Virus record (IMG/VR): IMGVR_UViG_3300020533_000011
Location: 1 to 33,558 of that record
Source of the DNA: a virus
Taxonomy: Duplodnaviria > Caudoviricetes
Direction: 5' to 3' (one strand)
Length of the DNA stretch: 33,558 bases
The notes beneath the pieces are model-generated. The model did no database searches and had not been told where the DNA came from. It saw only the letters and a program-made list of their open reading frames with translations. Every line of letters begins with the position of its first letter. Within the stretch, counting starts at the first letter, position 1. A program made the translations under genes and the position numbers. Shown in pieces: positions 26,951 through 33,558 of the stretch.

Positions 26951-27636
26951 CCCCCGTAACCGGCCAAAAGCTAAACATATACCGCTACAACTCAATCGCA
27001 ATGACTGATACGCTAATAGCGTGTGCAAGGAATTGCACATTCAGCGTGAATGTGAATGAGATGGAAACCACAGGAATAGCATCCGCATGGTTCAAAGAAT
27101 CCCGCCCGGATGTTGCATCGTGGTCAATCTCCTGCGATGGATTGGTTGTACTGGATGACTATTCGTACCTGTTCATGCTCAATTCCCAACTTGCCAGGGA
27201 GATAGTATCGTTTAAGTTTGTTATTGATAACGGTACTGCCGGAGGGTTGGTTATTGTATCGGGCTTAGTATGGTTACAATCAATCTCATTACAGGGCAAT
27301 AATAAGGACATTAGCACCTACCAGGTAAACTATCAAGGTACAGGGGCATACTCATTAGCGGGTACAACCATAACGCCTACAGGGGTGGTTATTAGCGGTA
27401 CAACTACGCAGGTACTGCAATACACTGCCGGGGGCGGGGAAACATCGATTGTTATACCGGGCGGGGCGGGTAAGACTATGCTTTATGGATCACGTGGCGG
27501 TACATCATTTGAAACTATTGTTTATTCGGGTACACCGGGAACGGGGGCGAAGTGGACTATCTCAAGTGGTACGCTCGAAGTTGATGCCGGAGTGCCATTC
27601 TTTACGGGGGAAAAAATTATTATTTTAGTACAATAA
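26947..27636 (+). CDS. Second tail-tube-fold protein with C-terminal beta domain
   Basis: VTGQKL, IACARNCTFSV...ET, WSISCDGLV, YQVNYQGTGA resemble TP901-1-type tube proteins. Confidence 0.75.
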   Translation: MTPVTGQKLNIYRYNSIAMTDTLIACARNCTFSVNVNEMETTGIASAWFKESRPDVASWSISCDGLVVLDDYSYLFMLNSQLAREIVSFKFVIDNGTAGGLVIVSGLVWLQSISLQGNNKDISTYQVNYQGTGAYSLAGTTITPTGVVISGTTTQVLQYTAGGGETSIVIPGGAGKTMLYGSRGGTSFETIVYSGTPGTGAKWTISSGTLEVDAGVPFFTGEKIIILVQ

Positions 27637-27645
27637 ACACTAACT

Positions 27646-28893
27646 ATGTTACAAAGATTATTATTAATTACCCTTACTTTATGCAGCCTATCAGCATCCG
27701 CTCAATGGCAGCAAACAGGTTCTAAGGTACGTTACGTTAATGGGTTGGGGATTCCCACTAAAGACACGGCTGCCGGAGTTAGTGCTGATAGTTCGCAGAT
27801 ATTGATTCGCCCGGCTGATAGTTCGCTTTACATTAAGTACAAGCGTACATGGGTGAAGGTTGGTGCAGGGGGAGGCGGTACGATTGGGGGGAGTGGTACT
27901 GCTAATAGGGTTGCGAAGTTTACGGCAAGCACTACACTTGGTAACTCACAGATAACCGATAATGGTACAAGTGTAGGTATTAACCAAACATCCCCTATTT
28001 ATCAGTTACACGTTACATCTGGCGGTAGTGCGGTTGTGTTTACGGATGCAGGTTCAGCAGCGGTAATTGTTGGAACAAATGCGGGTGCTACTGCATCGGC
28101 TGAACTTTCTTTGAGGGGGAATAATTTAACAATGACAGGTGGCGGTATAAATGGTACTGAACACGCAAGGGTTAACGGTAGCGGCAGAATGTTAATTGGT
28201 ACTACAACCGATAACGGAGTTGATAAATTGCAGGTGAGTGGGAGTATGAATGTATCGGCAAGGGCAACGGCGCAGAATTTGTCGGTTACGAATAATATTA
28301 GTGTAACAAACGATATTAATCAAGGGAGTGGAACGGCTAATGCAAACTATACTATTCTTGCCAATGGTACTTCAAGTGGTTGGGCGGGCAGAATGGTTGG
28401 TGAATATGCAACAGGGCAGTTTTATTTTCAGCATAGAAATAATACACCAACTTGGACTACTTGCTTTTCATTGAATGCAAATGGAGGTAAGGGGGGTACA
28501 ACATTTTTTGATAATGCGTTTATAGGTGGCGATGGATGGTTAACTGTTAATGGTTCTACAAATAACGGAGTTGATAAGTTACAAGTAGTAGGTTCATTAA
28601 CTGCAACAGGTATGCAGCAAAAATACCTTGCCCGTACTACCGCATACACCGCTACAACTTCCGACTACCTTATTGACTGTACATCGGGTACTTTCACCGT
28701 TACTCTCTATGCAGCATCGGGAAACGCAGGTAGAATTCTAATGGTAAAAAATAGCGGTGCAGGTACGATAACCGTTGATGGCAACGCATCCGAAACTATT
28801 GATGGCGCTGCTACTTATTCACTATCCGTACAATACGCCACCGTGCAAATTATGTCGGATGGTACTAACTGGAAAATAATCGCTAAATTCTAA
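27646..28893 (+). CDS. Tail-fibre-like protein with apparent Sec signal peptide
   Basis: MLQRLLLITLTLCSLSASA/Q; GTANRVAKF..LGNSQITDNGTSVGI, two T(D/N)NGVDKLQV repeats, C-terminal YTATTSDY...ETIDGA...SDGTNW domain. Confidence 0.8.
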   Translation: MLQRLLLITLTLCSLSASAQWQQTGSKVRYVNGLGIPTKDTAAGVSADSSQILIRPADSSLYIKYKRTWVKVGAGGGGTIGGSGTANRVAKFTASTTLGNSQITDNGTSVGINQTSPIYQLHVTSGGSAVVFTDAGSAAVIVGTNAGATASAELSLRGNNLTMTGGGINGTEHARVNGSGRMLIGTTTDNGVDKLQVSGSMNVSARATAQNLSVTNNISVTNDINQGSGTANANYTILANGTSSGWAGRMVGEYATGQFYFQHRNNTPTWTTCFSLNANGGKGGTTFFDNAFIGGDGWLTVNGSTNNGVDKLQVVGSLTATGMQQKYLARTTAYTATTSDYLIDCTSGTFTVTLYAASGNAGRILMVKNSGAGTITVDGNASETIDGAATYSLSVQYATVQIMSDGTNWKIIAKF

Positions 28894-28905
28894 TAACTTT
28901 GTAAT

Positions 28906-29238
28906 ATGATAACTGCAATCGCCCTTTCAATCGCACTAACTACAACCGCACCCGTGCAAGTGCAAACGGACACAATCCCTTCTGCCATTCAAGTCAAAGC
29001 AGTTGAGTTTAACCGCCTTACAAAGGACACTATCACCCAAATTACGTGGGTAGTATTCGGATTAACCAGAGATACAACACAAGGTTGTAATACCTACGTG
29101 GTAGCCTATGACAAGAGAGGGCGCAAGGTAACAGATGGCAATGTGCCTATACCCGCTCACATCGTACAAGAGTGGGGAACAGATAACACCCTCATAGATG
29201 ATTTCATTCTCAATTTCTATAAATTAATAAAGCGTTAA
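28906..29238 (+). CDS. Fibre-associated (chaperone-like) protein with hydrophobic N-terminal leader
   Basis: MITAIALSIALTTTAPVQVQTDTIP; C-terminal GNV.IP....WGTDN..I...IL pattern seen in genes following fibres; TAACTTTG at 28894-28901 just upstream. Confidence 0.65.
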   Translation: MITAIALSIALTTTAPVQVQTDTIPSAIQVKAVEFNRLTKDTITQITWVVFGLTRDTTQGCNTYVVAYDKRGRKVTDGNVPIPAHIVQEWGTDNTLIDDFILNFYKLIKR

Positions 29239-29240
29239 TA

Positions 29241-29423
29241 ATGGAGCAGCACGTAGATAGCACATCGGTAAAGGGGTTACTATTCACCATGGGGTTATGG
29301 ATGTTAGCACACGTTACCGCCTCGCAGGTGGCTACCTACTGCACAATACTATCGGCAATCGTTACTATTATTGTAAACATACAAAAGTTCAAACATGGCA
29401 AAGACAAGCATAGGGCTGACTAA
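29241..29423 (+). CDS. Holin-like membrane protein
   Basis: Two hydrophobic segments and a basic C-tail, at start of lysis block. Confidence 0.65.
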   Translation: MEQHVDSTSVKGLLFTMGLWMLAHVTASQVATYCTILSAIVTIIVNIQKFKHGKDKHRAD

Positions 29424-29646
29424 CGTAAACTACCCCGCCCCGAAATGGTACCGCAAATCAAAGAGGGTTATCGGGTTACTATCCGGCCCAACCGTGTTGG
29501 CAGTATTTCAGATATTTAAACTGACAGACCACCAAATGGCAAGCGTGGCAACGGTGATAGCTTTTCTTCCTACATTATTAGAGGTATTTTCCGCAATACT
29601 TGCAAACGGCGAACAATATGCAGCTATCGATGAAAAGCCCGAATAA
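29395..29646 (+). CDS. Second holin/antiholin-like membrane protein
   Basis: PAPKWYRK followed by two hydrophobic segments. Confidence 0.6.
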   Translation: MAKTSIGLTNVNYPAPKWYRKSKRVIGLLSGPTVLAVFQIFKLTDHQMASVATVIAFLPTLLEVFSAILANGEQYAAIDEKPE

Positions 29647-30118
29647 TTCGGACAGTTGGGTTAAATGGTGGTTACTTGCTATGGCTTTGCTATTCGTGCT
29701 GATTATGACATCATGCAATAGTGTAAAGAAATCTCAAACCACTAAACAGGAACAATCTACAACAATATACCTACGTGATACCGTACACGTTAAAGTTATT
29801 GACACTTCCCGCATCGTAACCGAACTACAGGAATTTAATACAAAGACTATTGAACTATACGATACCGTGTATAAAGATGTACCTGTATTACGGCAACGCA
29901 TAATCTACACGAACGCATATCAGCAGCGAACAAATACGTTCAATGGCATTATAAAGGATAGCGTATCGGGCAGTGTGAGTAATACGGTTGCACTTAGCAA
30001 AGTAGAATCAACAAGCAGTAAGAAATCAAATCGCGTACCTTTTATCGGAATTATAATCGGAGGTATTGTAATAATTATAATCTATGGCATCCGTAAAACC
30101 AATCGTTTCTTTAATTGA
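29630..30118 (+). CDS. Putative unimolecular spanin (lipoprotein with C-terminal TMD)
   Basis: WWLLAMALLFVLIMTS-C lipobox and C-terminal VPFIGIIIGGIVIIIIYGIRK; start at ATG 29630. Confidence 0.75.
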   Translation: MKSPNNSDSWVKWWLLAMALLFVLIMTSCNSVKKSQTTKQEQSTTIYLRDTVHVKVIDTSRIVTELQEFNTKTIELYDTVYKDVPVLRQRIIYTNAYQQRTNTFNGIIKDSVSGSVSNTVALSKVESTSSKKSNRVPFIGIIIGGIVIIIIYGIRKTNRFFN

Positions 30119-30653
30119 GTATAAGGCGATGTTTGATTCCATGCAAGTGGATGAAGATAAAGCAGCCGAAATAGCAAAAGCCGTTGCACTAATCAATAAA
30201 GGCAAGCAGCGTTACTTATCCGTTACCGCTAAACTCAATCTCAAATGCCCGTGGTATGCGCTGGGGATAGTTCACTACTTAGAAGGCAGTTGCAATTTCA
30301 GTAAGCATATTCACAATGGCGATCCGTTAACCGCTCGCACCTGGCAAGTACCTGCAGGCCGGCCATTACTCCCTCCGCAATTCGGTAAGTCATATACATG
30401 GGAGGAATCAGCAGAAGATTGGTTTAGGTTAAAGAATTGGCACAAATGGCAAGATTGGGGGGTGCAGGATATGTTGTATCGTTTTGAAGCGAATAACGGA
30501 TTCGGGTACCGCAAGCGCTCGGTTGCTACGCCTTACCTCTGGAGTTACTCTGACCATTACGATAAGGGCAAATTCGTAGCGGATGGTAAGTACAATCCCG
30601 AAGCCGTGAGCAAGCAAGTCGGGGCGGCAATTTTGCTTAAGGAATTGATGTAA
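30084..30653 (+). CDS. Endolysin, lysozyme-like (COG5526-type)
   Basis: PWY..G..HYLE, HNGDPL..RT..VPAGRP, E.NNGFGY, PYLWS, GKFVADG. Confidence 0.88.
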   Translation: MASVKPIVSLIEYKAMFDSMQVDEDKAAEIAKAVALINKGKQRYLSVTAKLNLKCPWYALGIVHYLEGSCNFSKHIHNGDPLTARTWQVPAGRPLLPPQFGKSYTWEESAEDWFRLKNWHKWQDWGVQDMLYRFEANNGFGYRKRSVATPYLWSYSDHYDKGKFVADGKYNPEAVSKQVGAAILLKELM

Positions 30654-30675
30654 TTTTACACTACAATTATAAATC

Positions 30676-31086
30676 ATGGCAGTATTTAATAAATTCAACC
30701 CCTTTGTTGAAGCAGTAGCGGAGAAGGTGCATAATCTTGGCTCTGACCAATTAACACTTGCGTTAACTAATACCTTACCGACCTCGGCAAATAGTGTGCT
30801 TGCAGACATTACGCAAATTACATACACCAACCTTTCTACTCGTAACCTTACAACTTCTGCATCTTCGCAGACTGGAGGGCTTTATAAGTTGGTAGTGAAT
30901 GACATTACCCTGACATCTACAGGCGGTAGTACCGGGCCATTCAGATACTTAGTAGTTTACAACTCTACGGCTGCGGGCGGGCCTTTGATAGGGTGGTATG
31001 ATTACGGCACATCTCTCACTTTGAATAGCGGTGAATCTTTGGCAGTTGACTTTGATGGCACGAATGGACTATTAACAATACAATAA
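30676..31086 (+). CDS. Virion structural/decoration protein
   Basis: Beta-rich, GPFRYLVVYN...PLIGWYDYG...L..GE...VDF; first gene of second structural block. Confidence 0.7.
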   Translation: MAVFNKFNPFVEAVAEKVHNLGSDQLTLALTNTLPTSANSVLADITQITYTNLSTRNLTTSASSQTGGLYKLVVNDITLTSTGGSTGPFRYLVVYNSTAAGGPLIGWYDYGTSLTLNSGESLAVDFDGTNGLLTIQ

Positions 31087-31517
31087 TGGCAGATAACGTA
31101 GGATATACACCGGGGAGCGGTGCAACAATCGCAGCAGATGATATAGGGGGTATCCTGTTTCAAAGGGTGAAGCCTACATGGGGTTCAGACGGAGTTGCTA
31201 ACGATGTAAACGAAACTACCCCTCTGCCCGTTACCGCAACACAGGAGTTAATGGAAGCTATCGAAGCGATGCGGATGGCTATACACGCTTTAACCCGTAC
31301 TATCGGTTTAGCGCAGGTTAACCCGCTCACAGGGCGTATGTTGGTTGACCCATCGGGGGTTACTTCGCCTGTATCGGGTACGGTATCTGCCAACCAATCA
31401 GGTACCTGGAACATCACCAACCTTGCCACAATAGGCGGGGTGGCTGCTAACTCACAGGTTCAATCATTTGAAAGAATGACCGCTGATAATTTAAGAAGAA
31501 ACATAAACGTAACATAA
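31086..31517 (+). CDS. Fibre-like structural protein
   Basis: MADNVGYTPGSG..IAADDIGG..QRVK, PLPV, short coiled coil, PVSGTVSANQSGTWN. Confidence 0.65.
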   Translation: MADNVGYTPGSGATIAADDIGGILFQRVKPTWGSDGVANDVNETTPLPVTATQELMEAIEAMRMAIHALTRTIGLAQVNPLTGRMLVDPSGVTSPVSGTVSANQSGTWNITNLATIGGVAANSQVQSFERMTADNLRRNINVT

Positions 31518-32950
31518 TGGCAACTACCAACGGTAATAGACAGATATTAGACCTCAAAAGATGGGAACAAGTAACCCCCGCACCTGTAGCATCAGCAGCA
31601 GGTGCTTTCATTGCATCTTCAAGGCACTTTAAACAGAATCAGTTATACGTGCAGGGTACAGCAACTGCATACCTATACAACCCGAATGATGATGGATGGG
31701 TGCAACTTCCTTCGCCTGCACTTGCAGGTACTATTGCAGCCGGGGCATCCGCTACCGCAGGGGCATGGAGTACAGGTACCACAATCGGTTCATCGCTGAC
31801 CGCAACGGCAGGTACTACCTCTACAATCACAACGAACCAAACTATAGCCCGCTCACTTGCCGGGTATTCTATTCACATACTTGCCGGGCCAAACGCAGGG
31901 GTTACGCTGCAAATCGTTTCAAATACTATCGGAACTAACGCAGTTATCACCGTTGCCACGCAGGCATCGGCTTTCTCTGCATCTACCGTATATCGTTTGT
32001 GTACGCCTGTATGGTATGTACTGGGTTCGGGTACTTTGGCATCAGGTTCTTTCCGTAAATATGACTACGCAACCAACACATGGACTACATTAACTCAGAC
32101 CGGATTAGCTGCAACTATTGCAACGGATGGCAAACTAATAGCAACGCCTTCATGGTATGACCAAGATTATGTGCCACTTGCCACAGGTACTGCTACATCC
32201 GCAACCGCTACCACTTTGGTAAATACCGGTAAGACATGGACTGCATCCCAATGGATTAACTCACAGGTTAGAATCGTTAGTGGTACAGGTGCAGGGCAAC
32301 TTCGTACGATTACGGCGAACACAACCGACACGCTCACCGTTGCAACATGGACTACAACACCGGATGCAACTTCGGTATATCAAATTAGCGGGAATGATAA
32401 CTTCCTTTACTACATGGGTAACGGTGCAGTTACTATGTACCGATACGATATCGGTGCAAACACATGGAGTACCTTATCTCCGACAGCAGCAAGAGCAGCA
32501 GCACCCGGAGCGGGGATGTCAGGGCATTGGATATGGGGCGTAAGTGCAACTGCTTGGAATAATGAATCAGCAATAATCAACGGGCGCAGAATTTACTCCT
32601 TTAGAGGGGGTGCAGGTGCCGTACTTGACTATTACGACATTGCCGCCAATACTTGGGTATCGGGGGTAACGTATGCACCTGCAACGGAAACATTTACCAC
32701 AGGCACAAAGTATGCGTACTACGGGGATAACATCTACATACAAAAGGATGCCACAAACAGGTGGTTTAAATACCATATAGCCGGGCAATCAGTAGATGGA
32801 TGGAATACGATGCCTGTTGTACAAGGTGCTGCCATTGTCGGAGATACATCATTCGATGTGGAGTATCAAGATGGGGCAACGGTGATAGTGTACATTTATA
32901 TGTTAATGAACACATCTACTCTAATGTTCAGACAAATGGTAATTCAATAA
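31517..32950 (+). CDS. Kelch-like beta-propeller protein with two inserted Thr-rich beta domains (putative adhesin)
   Basis: Repeats Y(D/N)xxxNxW (YNPNDDGW, YDYATNTW, YDIGANTW, YDIAANTW); inserts TATAGTTSTI...AGPNAG and GTATSATATTL...SGTGAGQ. Confidence 0.8.
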   Translation: MATTNGNRQILDLKRWEQVTPAPVASAAGAFIASSRHFKQNQLYVQGTATAYLYNPNDDGWVQLPSPALAGTIAAGASATAGAWSTGTTIGSSLTATAGTTSTITTNQTIARSLAGYSIHILAGPNAGVTLQIVSNTIGTNAVITVATQASAFSASTVYRLCTPVWYVLGSGTLASGSFRKYDYATNTWTTLTQTGLAATIATDGKLIATPSWYDQDYVPLATGTATSATATTLVNTGKTWTASQWINSQVRIVSGTGAGQLRTITANTTDTLTVATWTTTPDATSVYQISGNDNFLYYMGNGAVTMYRYDIGANTWSTLSPTAARAAAPGAGMSGHWIWGVSATAWNNESAIINGRRIYSFRGGAGAVLDYYDIAANTWVSGVTYAPATETFTTGTKYAYYGDNIYIQKDATNRWFKYHIAGQSVDGWNTMPVVQGAAIVGDTSFDVEYQDGATVIVYIYMLMNTSTLMFRQMVIQ

Positions 32951-32951
32951 T

Positions 32952-33107
32952 ATGACACAGGCAGAAATAAAAGAAATACTATCAAAGCAAATCAATCAAC
33001 TTGAGATGCTGATTTCTGCCGCAAAGCAGAGGGGTGATTTGAAGGCAGCCATACAATTAACAACTGAATTAACCGAGGCAAAGGATGCTTTTAACGCTAT
33101 TACGTAA
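32952..33107 (+). CDS. Small coiled-coil protein, 51 aa (absent from ORF track)
   Basis: MTQAEIKEILSKQINQLEMLISAAKQRGDLKAAIQLTTELTEAKDAFNAIT; starts one nt after the upstream stop. Confidence 0.75.
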   Translation: MTQAEIKEILSKQINQLEMLISAAKQRGDLKAAIQLTTELTEAKDAFNAIT

Positions 33108-33558
33108 TACTGGTGCAACAGGCAATACCATTGTTGCGGATAGGGGTGAATACACCCTAACGGGTAACGTAATAGATTTAAGAAGTGCATTTCAGATAGC
33201 TGCAACGGTAGCAGCATTTACTCTCACCGGTGGTGATGCTAACTTCCAACTCGGAAAAACCGTTGTAGGTGATACGGCAACCTACACGCTCACCGGAAAC
33301 GATGCCGGCACAACCGCATCACGTAGAATCGCAGCCGACCAATCAACGTATGTACTTACAGGGTTCGATGCCAACTTTCAAGTAGTAAAATCAGTCGCAG
33401 CCGACAGAGGTACATTTGTACTTACTGGAAACGATGCCGGGGTTATAGCAAGTCGCAGAATAGTAGCCGATAGGGGAACATTTACACTTGTAGGCAACGC
33501 AGCCACAATAGACATACTTCGCACACTTGTAGCGGACAAAGGCACATTTGTACTCACA
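33085..33558 (+). CDS. 5' part of the 22-aa-repeat structural protein (runs off the end, continues to 580)
   Basis: MLLTLLRNTGATGNTIVADRGEYTLTGN...; 66-bp periodic repeats, no stop before the window end. Confidence 0.85.
   Translation, partial: MLLTLLRNTGATGNTIVADRGEYTLTGNVIDLRSAFQIAATVAAFTLTGGDANFQLGKTVVGDTATYTLTGNDAGTTASRRIAADQSTYVLTGFDANFQVVKSVAADRGTFVLTGNDAGVIASRRIVADRGTFTLVGNAATIDILRTLVADKGTFVLT
33249..33558 (+). repeat. Right copy of imperfect terminal direct repeat
   Basis: About 93% identical to 1-310. Confidence 0.95.

Larger units (their letters stand above)
1..33558. mobile_element. Near-complete tailed phage genome (Caudoviricetes, siphovirus morphology), probable Bacteroidota host
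   Basis: Full set of terminase, portal, protease, HK97-type capsid, neck, tail tube, tape measure, lysis and replication genes; the ends overlap; no host housekeeping genes; Bacteroidota-type promoter motifs. Confidence 0.95.

Noticed and set aside
1-33558. Stop-codon reassignment
   Set aside because: Known genes translate to full length with the standard code and coding density is high

Overview
The window looks like an essentially complete, circularly permuted ~33.2 kb siphovirus-type (HK97-fold, non-contractile tail) phage genome. Bases 33249-33558 repeat bases 1-310 imperfectly, and a repeat-rich gene runs across the junction. The host is inferred to be Bacteroidota from TTTG-N19-21-TAnnTTTG promoters, A-rich leaders without Shine-Dalgarno sequences, a Q-rule signal peptide and a lipoprotein spanin. 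Gene order: metallophosphoesterase plus mini HEXXH protein; a leftward early block (DnaA domain-IV protein, small HTH); RecT/SSB/VRR-NUC/primase-helicase replication block containing a non-canonical tRNA-like RNA; an iteron-rich putative origin; terS; a 4.7 kb glycosyltransferase/methyltransferase cluster; terL, portal, protease, capsid; a GT4; neck and tail genes with a -1 frameshift chaperone; a fibre-like protein and its partner that both begin with apparent export signals and carry Bacteroidota O-glycosylation sequons; lysis cassette; and a second Thr/Ala-rich structural (Kelch/repeat) module. No integrase or DNA polymerase was recognised. All product calls come from by-eye motif recognition and synteny, not database searches.
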